A DNA stretch of 64,000 nt from Bdellovibrionales bacterium Ga0074137 (GCA_001464715.1 LNDT01000025.1:86612-150611); one strand, 5' to 3'; counted from the stretch's first letter, positions 36,489 to 46,301 are shown. The notes: generated from the letters alone by a model not told the origin. Made by a program: numbers and translations.

Positions 36489-38372
36489 ATGAAGTTTTCT
36501 TTTAACAACCTACTCGCTGCCGATGCTCAAACATCTGGTGGTGCCAGCTCTAAACGCGCCGATGGCGTGATCGTCGTAAGTCTCACAAAAGCACAACAAG
36601 AAGCCGCTCGGATCGCATCTCTCTTCGATGCTGCTGAAGGCGCGAAAGCTGCAAACCCTGCGGCCGAATTCGAAAACTTGTTTGAAGCGTCCGTCAAAGA
36701 ACGCGATTTCAAATTGGGTGATGTCGTTAAAGGCATCGTGGTGGAAGTTCAGACCGACTATGTCTTGGTCGACATCAACTACAAATCTGAAGGTCTGATT
36801 CCAATCAACGAGTTCCGCGTTGTCGATGGTGTTCGCGAAGTGAAACCAGGCGACGAAGTCGAAGTTTACATCGACCGCGTTGAAAACGAAAACGGCATGG
36901 TTGTTTTGTCGAAAGACAAAGCCGACATGATGCGCGCATGGAACGATATCTCTCGTGCTGCCGAAAACGAAGAATTGATCGAAGGTACTATCATCGCGAA
37001 AGTGAAGGGTGGTTTGTCGGTTGATATCGGAGTGAAGGCGTTCTTGCCAGGTTCGCAGATCGATCTGCGTCCGGTTCGAAACATGGATATTTACATCGGC
37101 AAAAAATATAAATTCAAAGTCATCAAGTTCAACAAGAAGCGCGGAAACATCGTGCTCTCTCGTCGAGCTCTCCTCGAAGAGGAGCGCGAGAATTTGCGCA
37201 CGCAAACTCTCGATGCGATGAAAGAGGGTTCGATCGTTCAAGGTATCGTTAAGAACATCACCGATTACGGTGCGTTCATCGACCTTGGCGGTATGGATGG
37301 TCTTCTTCACATCACGGACATGTCGTGGGGCCGCGTAAAGCACCCTTCGGAAGTCATCACTCTTGGCGACGAGATAAAAGTGATGGTCTTGAAATACGAT
37401 CAAGAAAAAGAGCGCGTCTCTTTGGGTCTCAAACAGCTTCAGCAGGATCCATGGGAAGCGGCTCTCGCGCAATTCCCTGTTGGAACAAAACTCAAAGGCA
37501 AAATCGTTTCCTTGGCGGATTACGGTGCGTTTGTTGAGCTCGCAGAAGGTGTTGAAGGCCTCATCCACGTTTCAGAAATGTCGTGGACAAAGCGCGTGAA
37601 GCATCCTTCGCAGATCATCAACGTTGGCGACGAAGTCGACGTTCAGGTTCTCGATGTCGATTCGACCGCACGCCGAATCTCTCTTGGCATGAAGCAGTTG
37701 ATGGCCAACCCATGGGTTGAGCTCAAAAACAGCTACCTTCCAGGTACAATCATCGAGGGCGAAGTTCGCTCGATCACTGACTTCGGTATCTTCGTTGGCG
37801 TTGAAGACGGCATCGACGGTCTCGTTCATATCTCTGACTTCTCATGGACAAAGCGCGTGAACCATCCTTCCGAGATGTTCACAAAAGGTCAGAAGATCCG
37901 TTCGGTTGTCTTGGGTGTTGATATCGAGCAAGAGCGTTTCTCGCTTGGCATTAAGCAGCTCGAAGCTGATCCATGGGCGAACATCGACACGAAGTACGGT
38001 GTCGGTACTCAGCACGACGTAAAAGTCGTGAAGCTTGCGGACTTCGGCGTGTTTGTTGAACTCGAAGCGGATATCGAAGGTCTGATCCACATTTCAGAAC
38101 TCTCGACCGATCGAATCAACAAGGCGGAAGAGTTCTGTAAGCCTGACGATATGATCAAAGCTGAAATTATCTCGATCGATCGCGATGCGCGAAAAATCGG
38201 TTTGTCAGCGAAGCTCGTAAAGCTTCGTGAGCAAAAAGCGGACGTCGATGACTACGTGAAGAAACTCACGTCGAAATCTTCGACTTCGTTTGGTGATCTG
38301 TTCGGTGACGCTTTCAAAGCGGCCGCCGCTCCGACAGCTGATGCCGCCGCCGAGAAAAAAGAAGGCGAGTAA
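36489..38372 (+). CDS. rpsA: 30S ribosomal protein S1
   Basis: Six S1 domains (repeated G.V..I..FG.FV.L..G..GL.H.S pattern). The ATG at 36489 is preceded by AAGGAGG; the listed ORF start at 36351 is an extension. Confidence 0.95.
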   Translation: MKFSFNNLLAADAQTSGGASSKRADGVIVVSLTKAQQEAARIASLFDAAEGAKAANPAAEFENLFEASVKERDFKLGDVVKGIVVEVQTDYVLVDINYKSEGLIPINEFRVVDGVREVKPGDEVEVYIDRVENENGMVVLSKDKADMMRAWNDISRAAENEELIEGTIIAKVKGGLSVDIGVKAFLPGSQIDLRPVRNMDIYIGKKYKFKVIKFNKKRGNIVLSRRALLEEERENLRTQTLDAMKEGSIVQGIVKNITDYGAFIDLGGMDGLLHITDMSWGRVKHPSEVITLGDEIKVMVLKYDQEKERVSLGLKQLQQDPWEAALAQFPVGTKLKGKIVSLADYGAFVELAEGVEGLIHVSEMSWTKRVKHPSQIINVGDEVDVQVLDVDSTARRISLGMKQLMANPWVELKNSYLPGTIIEGEVRSITDFGIFVGVEDGIDGLVHISDFSWTKRVNHPSEMFTKGQKIRSVVLGVDIEQERFSLGIKQLEADPWANIDTKYGVGTQHDVKVVKLADFGVFVELEADIEGLIHISELSTDRINKAEEFCKPDDMIKAEIISIDRDARKIGLSAKLVKLREQKADVDDYVKKLTSKSSTSFGDLFGDAFKAAAAPTADAAAEKKEGE

Positions 38373-38375
38373 TCT

Positions 38376-38537
38376 CCAAATCGAGCTGCAGGCGTGCAGC
38401 TCGCAGCGAAGCTGGGCTATGCCCAGCGGAGCGACACAAACGTTAGCTGGGCTCTGCCCAGCGGAGCGACACAAGCAATGCTGGGCACTGCCCAGCGGAG
38501 CGACACAAACGTCACCTGGGAACTGCCCAGCGCCGAA
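38376..38537 (+). repeat. REP-like palindromic repeat array
   Basis: Hairpin cgagctgca-ggcg-tgcagctcg (38382-38403), then about 3.5 tandem ~34-nt units of GCTGGGCNNTGCCCAGCGGAGCGACACAA.... Each unit has a CTGGGC/GCCCAG inverted repeat. Confidence 0.7.
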
Positions 38538-38569
38538 CCTGGAACGCTGACGCGCTCCAGGTTTTTTTT
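38537..38569 (+). terminator. rho-independent terminator of rpsA
   Basis: Stem acctggaacgc / gcgctccaggt (one mismatch), loop tgac, then T8. Confidence 0.7.
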
Positions 38570-38598
38570 CGCCCGAAGCTGGTGCAAGCTTTCAAGCT

Positions 38599-39180
38599 AT
38601 GGCCAAGAAAAAAGTAGCGAAGAAAAAAGCCACGAAAAAAGCCACGAAGACAGGCAGTAAGAAGTCCACGGCGAAAAGTGCCAGTCGTTGGCCTGCGCAA
38701 AAACAGGTTTTGTTTCGGCCCGAACGGCTCAAGTACGTCCGAAAACTGATTCGCAGTGAAACGTGCGTCTTTTGTGAAGCTCGCGAAAAAGGTGTGAAGC
38801 CAGAGTCTCTGCTTGTCGCGACACACGGTTCAGCCATGCTGATTTTAAATAAGTATCCCTACAACGCAGGGCACTTGTTGGTTTTGACGACACGTCATGT
38901 GGGTCGCTTTGAAGATCTGAAGCCCGAAGAGCTTGCCGACACTCAAGCACTTCTCCAAAAAGCGATGCGCGCGCTGACCGAGCTCTATTCGCCGGGCGGG
39001 TTTAATATGGGGCTCAATCTTGGATCGGTCGCCGGAGCAGGAATTCCTGATCACCTTCATTGGCATCTCATTCCTCGTTGGCCTGGAGACTCGAATTTTT
39101 TTCCGCTGATCGCAGAAACAAAAGTCGTCATTGAAACTCTTGAGCGGACTCACGAACGCTTGGTACCCTACTTCACATGA
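38599..39180 (+). CDS. HIT-family nucleotide hydrolase/transferase with a Lys-rich N-terminus
   Basis: Histidine triad HLHWHLIPRW and NKYPYNAGHLLV. Confidence 0.8.
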   Translation: MAKKKVAKKKATKKATKTGSKKSTAKSASRWPAQKQVLFRPERLKYVRKLIRSETCVFCEAREKGVKPESLLVATHGSAMLILNKYPYNAGHLLVLTTRHVGRFEDLKPEELADTQALLQKAMRALTELYSPGGFNMGLNLGSVAGAGIPDHLHWHLIPRWPGDSNFFPLIAETKVVIETLERTHERLVPYFT

Positions 39181-39620
39181 CACAGTCCTATGGAAAAGCT
39201 GGAGAGATTTTAAGAGCCGTCGGTTTTGAACTGGATCATTTGGGTGTGGCCGTTCGAAGTCTTGACGAAGGCGTGAAGTTTTACCGAGCACTCGGTTTTT
39301 CCGAGATGCCTATCGAGGAAGTCCCGACAGAAATGGTTCGGGTGGGTTTTTTAAATCTCGACAACCAAGCTTCCATTGAACTCCTTGAACCGACCTCCGA
39401 CGAAAGTCCAATCGCGAAATTCTTGGCCAAGCGAGGTCCAGGTATTCACCATGTGTGTCTTCGTGTGAAGGGTATCGACGAGATCGCCTTGAAGCTCAAA
39501 GCGGCAGGTGTGAGACTGGTGAACGAGACTCCGAGACCTGGAGCCCATTCGTGCCGTGTGGTGTTCATCCACCCGGCGTCGACGGGCGGAGTGTTGCTCG
39601 AACTCTCAGAAAGAAGCTAG
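39177..39620 (+). CDS. mce: methylmalonyl-CoA epimerase / VOC-family protein
   Basis: LDHLGVAV, GPGIHHVCLRV and FIHPASTGGVLLEL motifs. ATGA overlap with the HIT gene. Confidence 0.75.
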   Translation: MTQSYGKAGEILRAVGFELDHLGVAVRSLDEGVKFYRALGFSEMPIEEVPTEMVRVGFLNLDNQASIELLEPTSDESPIAKFLAKRGPGIHHVCLRVKGIDEIALKLKAAGVRLVNETPRPGAHSCRVVFIHPASTGGVLLELSERS

Positions 39621-39652
39621 GCGTGGGAAATCGAGGCCAAGGCTCTGTTCAA

Positions 39653-40453
39653 ATGAATTCGATGGTGCCGATCACTCCTGTTGTGAAGTGGCTCATTGGA
39701 ATTTGTGTCGTTATCTGGCTGCTCTTTCAGGTCATCGTTGAAAAATATTTTTTAGATCAGCCGCAGATCACTTACGGCTTGGGACTTGTTCCTTTGTCTG
39801 TGATCGAAAAGTTTTTCGTCTGGCAGGTTTTCACTTACCAGTTTCTTCACTCCACAAACGTCTTTCACATCGTCTTCAATATGCTGCTGCTTTGGTGGCT
39901 GGGGTCGGAGCTTGAAAGCCGCTGGGGTTCGAAATTATTTTTGGCTTACTACTTAGTTTCTGGTGCTGGCGCTGGCGTGATTTACGTCTTCGTCATGGCT
40001 ATGCATGGATGGATCACCGGAACTTTCTCAGGGTGGACGACACCTGTCGTGGGAGCTTCCGGGGCCGTTTTTGGTCTCATGCTGGCCTATGGGGTTTTGT
40101 TCGGCGAGCGGATCGTCTACTTCATGATGGTTTTCCCGATGAGGGCCAAGTGGTTTGTTGTGATCCTCGGGGCCGTGGAAGTCGCGACGTTGCTCAATAG
40201 CGGTGTTGGTGGCAGCCAGGAAGCGAACTTGGCCCATTTGGGCGGTATTGCCGCGGGTTTTGGATTCCTAAAGAGCTACACGTGGTGGCAACAGCGCCGC
40301 TGGCGCAATAAGTCGTCCGTTCGTGGACGGAGTCTTAAGCTCGTGGTAGACAACGACAAGAAATCAGAAGGCGATGCGCCGGACGACCCTTCGGGTGGTG
40401 GTGCTGGCGGTGGTTCGAGTGGTAAGGGGCGGGGGCCCAAGTACTGGAACTGA
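39653..40453 (+). CDS. rhomboid-family intramembrane serine protease
   Basis: HIVFNML, catalytic GASGAVFG and AHLGGIAAGF. Gly-rich C-terminal tail. The alternative GTG start is at 39623. Confidence 0.8.
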   Translation: MNSMVPITPVVKWLIGICVVIWLLFQVIVEKYFLDQPQITYGLGLVPLSVIEKFFVWQVFTYQFLHSTNVFHIVFNMLLLWWLGSELESRWGSKLFLAYYLVSGAGAGVIYVFVMAMHGWITGTFSGWTTPVVGASGAVFGLMLAYGVLFGERIVYFMMVFPMRAKWFVVILGAVEVATLLNSGVGGSQEANLAHLGGIAAGFGFLKSYTWWQQRRWRNKSSVRGRSLKLVVDNDKKSEGDAPDDPSGGGAGGGSSGKGRGPKYWN

Positions 40454-40536
40454 TCTTGTGATTTCGAATCGGACGTTGGATTTCGATGGCCGGTCTGTTG
40501 GGTCTGATTGTTATTTAGTGGTTTCTTGGAGGTTTT

Positions 40537-40749
40537 GTGTCTGTAGCTAAAGTTGTCAGTGGTTCTATCGGTGCTTCTAAATCTCTCGCCACTGAAATTG
40601 AGCGTTTGAAATTCGACAAGCGTCTCACGGACTGGAGCCTCAGCCGCAAAAAGTTCACCAAAGAAGAATTGAAGAAGCACCTCGATGCTCTTCCTGATCT
40701 CGCCGACAACGTTATCCGCGTCGAGCTAGAGAACGAAAACCTTAATTAG
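40537..40749 (+). CDS. small hypothetical protein (70 aa)
   Basis: GTG ORF ending exactly where the inverted REP-like copy begins. Confidence 0.4.
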   Translation: MSVAKVVSGSIGASKSLATEIERLKFDKRLTDWSLSRKKFTKEELKKHLDALPDLADNVIRVELENENLN

Positions 40750-40812
40750 TGTCGCTCCGCTGGGCATAGCCCAGCTACGCTGCGAGCTGCACGTCTGCAG
40801 CTCGATTCGGAC
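40750..40812 (-). repeat. REP-like element, inverted copy
   Basis: Its reverse complement (ccgaatcgagctgcagacgtgcagctcgcagcgtagctgggctatgcccagcggagcgacac) is near-identical to 38379-38437. Confidence 0.7.
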
Positions 40813-40923
40813 AAATGTCGCGCCGCCAGATTCCGCCCTTTGGGCTTCGTGTGGCTGAATTCTGAGCTGCAATTATGTAGCTCGGTTCGACGATTCTGCG
40901 CGGTTCTATTTAGAAGATTAGGA

Positions 40924-41250
40924 CTATGCTTTTTCTATGAAGCGGTAGTTTGAATGGACGTCGTATTTCATTCCGTAGACTCGCTTGAAGTCGGCGATGA
41001 CTTTTATGTCGTCAGCTCCAAAGGTTTGCGCTGAGCCGCCTTCGAATGAATGAAGCACGATGTCTTCGAGTAGTTCGCCCAGCGACATATCTCCGTACTC
41101 TGCCATCGCTTTCAGAACCTTCACCATGCTTCGTTCTAAGCGTACTCCCAGTTGCACTCGTTTCACCGGTATTTGCTTTGAAAGCTTAGCTCTTTTAGCT
41201 GACGTCCGGGGCGACTTCTTTACGCTTTTTCCTGCCACACTTTTTGCCAT
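40924..41250 (-). CDS. hypothetical protein, possible ribbon-helix-helix DNA-binding protein
   Basis: Basic N-terminus followed by VQLGVRLERSMVKVLKAMAEYGDMSLGELLEDIVL (RHH-like). ATG at 41250. Confidence 0.4.
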   Translation of the reverse strand: MAKSVAGKSVKKSPRTSAKRAKLSKQIPVKRVQLGVRLERSMVKVLKAMAEYGDMSLGELLEDIVLHSFEGGSAQTFGADDIKVIADFKRVYGMKYDVHSNYRFIEKA

Positions 41251-41425
41251 ACCGCAGACCTTTTTTGTTACTTTGTTATCTTGGTAACAAAATAACATCA
41301 TTAGGTTGCCTATTCAAAATTTTTTCGAGTTGCATCGATCAAGGCCGCGCGCGGTGCAACCAATGTCTAGAAATGAGATCACCAATCGCTCCGGCAGAGT
41401 CGGCCATCAAGGTAGTGTCAGATCG

Positions 41426-41455
41426 CACTTCCGCTGCGGTGGCGCTTTGCGCATA
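41426..41455 (+). repeat. dispersed 30-nt motif, copy C (intergenic)
   Basis: CACTTCCGCTGCGGTGGCGCTTTGCGCATA. Confidence 0.55.
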
Positions 41456-41536
41456 GTCGATCGGAAGCGGAGGATTCGGGCAATAGTAGGTCTGCCCCAG
41501 AAGTGTCTGCGGTGCCAAAGGTTCTGGATGTGCGTT

Positions 41537-42688
41537 TTAAAACGCGGCGGTTTTAGTGGTGGGTTCGGTACTGACGGCGGCACGGGCGGCGGCGGAGTCG
41601 TCGGGGCGCCAAGTTTCAGAGATAATTTTCCATTCGCCTTTTCGATTCACGAGGTGAAGTGTTTTTTCACCTAAATCGGAAATGCCGCTGGATGAGTAGC
41701 TCTGAACGAATCGAACGACGGCGCGGCCACGCTGTTCAAGGGCGAGCGGCTGCGAAATTTTCACTGAGATTTGAGAGTACTTTTCGCCCAGACGCGATTT
41801 GTAAGTGCGCCAGTCCGCTTTCTTCATTTTCAGCGTTTCGAAATCCTCGTCGTAAAACTTCATGTAGTCATCAAGGGACTTCGTCTCCCATGTCGAGCGC
41901 CAGGACTCGAGCCACTTTTCGAGTTTTGCTTGTGACGCTTCCATCTCAACGATCGAACGTTTTTCGACTTTTTCGGAAATGACAATGGGTGTACGGCCAA
42001 CGCGAATGTAGGGATCTAGGGTTTTCACGATATCGTTTCGTACCACCACGCAGCCCCGGCTCCCGCGAGTCAGCGGAACGTCGTCGGGAACCGAGTGAAG
42101 CCAAATGCCGCTTCCTGTTTTTCCATCAAGAGAGTCAAAGTGATTTGGATAATCCGTGGTGTAGGCGCGGCTTCCATAAAGTTTGAAGTCGAGCGTGGAG
42201 CCTTCGAGTTTTGAGAGAAGAAAATAAATTCCTTCTGGAGTTTTGTGATCCCCCTCAGAAACTTTGTCTCCAGTTCGTCGGCCGAGATCCGCTGGATAAG
42301 CGGCCGAACGGATGAATTGGCGCTGACCATTGGCACTGACTTCGCTTTTCCAAATTTCAAGAGAGCGCGCCGTTTTGTCGACGACGAAAATGTAAGGTAA
42401 ATAGTAATCACTACGAGTGGGAACCGAAACAAGATGCGCAGGGAGCCCCGTGGGGCCGCCGACGACGGAGTCTTTATTCTCGTCGGAGAGAGTGGTGATT
42501 TCGGACCGCGATTGAGCCGCCAGGTCCAGCGGAAAAGCTACGGGTATCACCGAGGCTAAGATCAGGGACAGCGTTGTCAAATTAGTCGCCAAAAGACGCG
42601 ACAAAGTCGGCACGGTGGGACGCAGGAATTTCCTGGCCATCATCGCTGAGGTTCGAAACAGAGGCTTCCGTCGCGGCTTAAGGTGCAT
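41537..42688 (-). CDS. L,D-transpeptidase (YkuD domain) with a C-terminal SnoaL/DUF4440-like domain
   Basis: Catalytic region GIWLHSVPDDVPLTRGSRGCVVV and an N-terminal signal/anchor. Confidence 0.75.
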   Translation of the reverse strand: MHLKPRRKPLFRTSAMMARKFLRPTVPTLSRLLATNLTTLSLILASVIPVAFPLDLAAQSRSEITTLSDENKDSVVGGPTGLPAHLVSVPTRSDYYLPYIFVVDKTARSLEIWKSEVSANGQRQFIRSAAYPADLGRRTGDKVSEGDHKTPEGIYFLLSKLEGSTLDFKLYGSRAYTTDYPNHFDSLDGKTGSGIWLHSVPDDVPLTRGSRGCVVVRNDIVKTLDPYIRVGRTPIVISEKVEKRSIVEMEASQAKLEKWLESWRSTWETKSLDDYMKFYDEDFETLKMKKADWRTYKSRLGEKYSQISVKISQPLALEQRGRAVVRFVQSYSSSGISDLGEKTLHLVNRKGEWKIISETWRPDDSAAARAAVSTEPTTKTAAF

Positions 42689-42854
42689 ACACCGAGAATC
42701 GTCTCACTTCGATGCAAAAGCCGCAACCCTCCAGCTTGTTAAGAGTTTAATTGGGACTGCGATGCTCCGCCTTCGCGAGGTCTGGACTATAGGTCTAGAG
42801 CCTTTGGTCCGATAAAAACTTAAGCTTAATCCACGTTTGTGGGGTGTTTGTTTT

Positions 42855-43370
42855 ATGGCCGAAAATAATAGCGGTGCGCCAGAGGCCGAAGCGAAAAAAT
42901 TCGACACAAAGAAACTGGCGATGCCCCTGTTTGTCGCTTTGAATCTTGGTGTTCTTGGCGCGGGCGTCTTCATGACTTATATGGGGACGTTGGGCTGGGT
43001 CCGTCCATCGGTGCGAGAACCCGCGGCCATCGAGGAGCTGAAAATTGAACGAGAAACAGAAGGTGTGCGTGACTCGGTTCTCTACACGATGCCGACCTTC
43101 ACGGTGAATCTTGACGGTCAACCGCGGCGCTTAATTCGCGTCTCACTGACTCTCGAGATGCTCGACAAAGATGGATTTGAAGAGGTCGTGCGAAATAGTC
43201 CTTCGGCGCGCGATTCGATTGTTAGAATTCTTAATTCCAAGACTTACGACGATATCGAAACGATTCAAGGTAAGCTCTTTTTGAAAGATCAAATCGCCGT
43301 GACCCTCAATAAATCTCTCAAAGATGGTGTTGTTAAAGACGTCTACTTTGGCGATTTCCTCGTACAGTAA
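42855..43370 (+). CDS. fliL: flagellar basal-body-associated protein FliL
   Basis: Single TM, then FTVNLDG...RLIRVSLTLEM...IRDSIVRIL...VKDVYFGDFLVQ, which is typical of FliL. Confidence 0.7.
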   Translation: MAENNSGAPEAEAKKFDTKKLAMPLFVALNLGVLGAGVFMTYMGTLGWVRPSVREPAAIEELKIERETEGVRDSVLYTMPTFTVNLDGQPRRLIRVSLTLEMLDKDGFEEVVRNSPSARDSIVRILNSKTYDDIETIQGKLFLKDQIAVTLNKSLKDGVVKDVYFGDFLVQ

Positions 43371-43409
43371 GTTTGACCTCGCAGCAGTTTGGGCCGCAAA
43401 CTGTTGGAG

Positions 43410-44858
43410 ATGGAAAATACAAAAAAGAAAAAAGTAGCCGTTCGTTTTTTTGCTAGAGTTCTTCAGGCGATAGTGGCCAGCTTGATTCTGTCACCATTAG
43501 CCGTGGCCGTGGAGCCTGCGAAACCGGAGCCGGCGAAACCAGAGCCAACCAAAGTGGCGTCGTCCAAGCCGGACTCGACGCTCGGAGTTCGCTTTGCGGT
43601 TGAAAAAGAAGTTTTACCCAACGGGCTAACCGTCCTTTACCACGTCGATCGCTCGGTCCCGCTTGTCAGTTACCACACTTGGTTCAAGGTGGGCTCAAAG
43701 GATGAGAAGACGGGTCTCACGGGCATTGCGCATTTGTTTGAACACATGATGTTCAAAGGATCGAAACGCTACTCAGGCGATCAGTTCGATCTCATTTTGC
43801 AAAGCAACGGCGCGACAAACAATGCCTTCACGACCCAAGACTACACGGGCTACCACATCAATGCTCCGTCATCGAAGCTTGAGCTTCTGATCGATATCGA
43901 GAGCGATCGTATGGCAACTCTCAAAATTGACAAAGCGGCCCTCGATTCCGAGCGCAATGTCGTGAAAGAAGAAAAAAGATTTCGAGTTGATGACAATCCC
44001 ATGGGACTTTTGTGGCAGGGGATTTATGCGACATCGTTTTCGCGCCATCCCTATAAAAATCCTGTCATTGGCACGATGGAAGATCTTAGCAATGTCACTC
44101 CGGAAATCGCACAAGCTTTTCATAAGTCTTTTTATAGCCCTTCCAATGCTGTGATCGTTGTTGCGGGTGACTTCGAATTAGCTGAAGCGCAGCGACTCAT
44201 AAAAAAATACTACGCTGGAATTCCTCGCCAGGAAGTAAAGCGTCCAACACTTCCTGAGGAACCCGAGCAAGGTTCGCCGCGGTCGACATTCATCCGGCGC
44301 GATCTCAAGAGTTGGACGTTCGCCGTCAATTACAAAGCTCCAGCAGCAGGAACCGACGAGAGCTTCGCGCTTGATTTGTTGTCGGCCATTATGGGGCGTG
44401 GGCCTTCAAGCCGGCTTTATAAGCGCATTGTTTATAAGGATCAGTTCGCGACATCGGCCAGTGCTGGCAACAATACGATGCAGGATGCAGGACTTTTCCA
44501 GATTTTCGTGACGATGAAACCTTCTGCCACCGCCAGCGAAGCGCAGCAACAGTTTCTAGCGGCACAGCGGGCGATCTATGGAGAAATGTGGCGCCCTCGA
44601 AATATTGCAGTCACGGAAGCCGAGCTCGAGCGGGCTCGAAATCAAATGATCATGAGTCAGGTCGACAGCCTCAAAACACTTCACGGAAAAGCAGAGGCGC
44701 TGGCGATGAATGAAATTTTGTTTGGCGATTACAAACGTGTGTTCACGGACATCGACCGCTACCTGAAAGTGACTCCGGGTCAAATTCTCAAGGCTGCTCA
44801 AAAGTACCTCGTTCCTGAGCGCAGCAATCTGGTCGTCGTACGACCGAAGGGGGCGTAA
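43410..44858 (+). CDS. M16-family zinc peptidase (active subunit)
   Basis: Inverted zinc motif HxxEH in GIAHLFEHMMFKGS, and a signal peptide. The start is 43389 or 43410. Confidence 0.85.
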   Translation: MENTKKKKVAVRFFARVLQAIVASLILSPLAVAVEPAKPEPAKPEPTKVASSKPDSTLGVRFAVEKEVLPNGLTVLYHVDRSVPLVSYHTWFKVGSKDEKTGLTGIAHLFEHMMFKGSKRYSGDQFDLILQSNGATNNAFTTQDYTGYHINAPSSKLELLIDIESDRMATLKIDKAALDSERNVVKEEKRFRVDDNPMGLLWQGIYATSFSRHPYKNPVIGTMEDLSNVTPEIAQAFHKSFYSPSNAVIVVAGDFELAEAQRLIKKYYAGIPRQEVKRPTLPEEPEQGSPRSTFIRRDLKSWTFAVNYKAPAAGTDESFALDLLSAIMGRGPSSRLYKRIVYKDQFATSASAGNNTMQDAGLFQIFVTMKPSATASEAQQQFLAAQRAIYGEMWRPRNIAVTEAELERARNQMIMSQVDSLKTLHGKAEALAMNEILFGDYKRVFTDIDRYLKVTPGQILKAAQKYLVPERSNLVVVRPKGA

Positions 44859-44861
44859 CTC

Positions 44862-46301
44862 ATGGCCACACCAAACCGTTTTATTTTTACTCTCTGCGCA
44901 GTCTCTGCGATTTCGTCTGGTTGTGCTTCAAGTGGCGGTGATGGGGCTCCTGCGACCGTCGCCTCGACGACCTCGTCGTCAAGCTCCGGTGTTACAACGC
45001 TAAGAACCTACAAAGAAACGACTCTCGCCAATGGGTTGAAAGTTCTTTTTCTGCCCGATTCAACTTTGCCGGCACTTTCGATGGGACTTTTAGTAAAGTC
45101 CGGATCGTCGTCGGATCCAGCGGGGCGATCAGGTCTTTCTAGTTTAGTTGCTGATCTCCTTGATCAGGGTACGAAGCGAAGAAATGCAAATCAGATCGCA
45201 GAAGATTTGGGCCGAATGGGAGCCTCTTTCGGCGCGTCGGTGGATTACGATTACAGTTACTTGTCGCTCAGTGGACTTTCTGTTTCGGCGCCAGCTCTGC
45301 TTTCGAATTTCGCGGAGATTGCGACGGGTCCGTCGTTTCCGGACGCCGAGATTTCTCGAATTAGAAAGCAAACTCTGGCCAGCATCGAGCGCGGTCTTGA
45401 TAATCCAAGAAACGTTGCCGAGCTTGGTACACTCACGGCCGTTTTCGGTCAGCATCCCTATGGGCAGTCTGTTTCGGGGTCGATGAAAACCGTGGCCGCA
45501 CTTTCAAAAAAAGATGTTATCCAGCACTATCTTCGCTTTTATCGTCCCAACAATTCCATTCTCGTTGTTGTCGGGAAGTTCGATTCGGAGTTTGAGAAGA
45601 AAGTCGAAACGACATTTGGTTCTTGGGCCAAGCGCGATGTTCCGGCCCAGAATCTTGCCACGCCAAAAATGTCCGAAGGTCTTCGTATTCGCGTCGTTGA
45701 GAAAGCGGGTTTGACTCAAGCGCAAATTCGGTTCGCAAGCGTGGGAATAAAGCGGCAAGACGATGATTTCTTGGCTCTTCGTGTGGCAAATACAATTCTT
45801 GGCGGCGCTTTTGCGAGCCGGTTGAACGATAAGATTCGCAAAGAACTTGGACTTACTTATTCGATCAGTTCAAATTTTGATTCACGCATGGAGCGTGGGC
45901 CGTTTGTCATCAGCACATTCACAAAAATTGAATCCATCGACAGCGTGGTTTCTGAGACGTTGAAGCTTTATAAAGTTTTTGTTGAAAAGGGTGTTACGAG
46001 CGACGAGCTGAACCGCGCACGAGGATACTTAAAAGGAATTTTTCCGCAGGCGATTGAAACGAGCGACAAGCTTGGCTTCAACTTGGTCTTGCTTCGCCTC
46101 TACGGAATTCCTGATCGCTATCTTACGCACTACCTTCGGGAGCTGGATGATCTATCAGTTTCAGATATAAATTCTGCGATTCGTCGCCACATGAAACCGG
46201 AAAATCTTGCGATCGTTGTTCATGCTCCGAAAGAAGCTGCGGATAAATTAAAGGCAATGAGTCCACAGTTCGAAGTAGTTCCGGTCAACTCGCTTCAGTG
46301 A
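44862..46301 (+). CDS. M16-family peptidase-like protein (lacks HxxEH, probably a non-catalytic partner), lipoprotein-like
   Basis: M16 fold pattern, but it has GLSSLVADLLDQGT in place of HxxEH. N-terminus has AISSGC. Confidence 0.8.
   Translation: MATPNRFIFTLCAVSAISSGCASSGGDGAPATVASTTSSSSSGVTTLRTYKETTLANGLKVLFLPDSTLPALSMGLLVKSGSSSDPAGRSGLSSLVADLLDQGTKRRNANQIAEDLGRMGASFGASVDYDYSYLSLSGLSVSAPALLSNFAEIATGPSFPDAEISRIRKQTLASIERGLDNPRNVAELGTLTAVFGQHPYGQSVSGSMKTVAALSKKDVIQHYLRFYRPNNSILVVVGKFDSEFEKKVETTFGSWAKRDVPAQNLATPKMSEGLRIRVVEKAGLTQAQIRFASVGIKRQDDDFLALRVANTILGGAFASRLNDKIRKELGLTYSISSNFDSRMERGPFVISTFTKIESIDSVVSETLKLYKVFVEKGVTSDELNRARGYLKGIFPQAIETSDKLGFNLVLLRLYGIPDRYLTHYLRELDDLSVSDINSAIRRHMKPENLAIVVHAPKEAADKLKAMSPQFEVVPVNSLQ

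Noticed and set aside
36510-37568. 352-aa ORF on the minus strand
   Set aside because: It is entirely antisense to rpsA, whose S1-domain repeats are unmistakable. The antisense product is a low-complexity artefact of codon bias (Asp/Phe/Val rich) with no start context.
38411-38537. Possible mini-CRISPR array (regular ~34-nt repeats)
   Set aside because: The units are contiguous, with only 4-6 variable nt and no spacers. Each unit is itself a palindrome typical of REP elements. No cas genes are in the window.
38290-38660. Two ORFs of 86 and 88 aa spanning the rpsA 3' region
   Set aside because: They read through the tandem REP-like units and the terminator. The repeated peptide (LPSGATQ) simply mirrors the DNA repeat.
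41306-41674. 122-aa plus-strand ORF
   Set aside because: It runs from intergenic DNA into the antisense strand of the L,D-transpeptidase gene. It has a Gly/Arg-rich artefactual tail.
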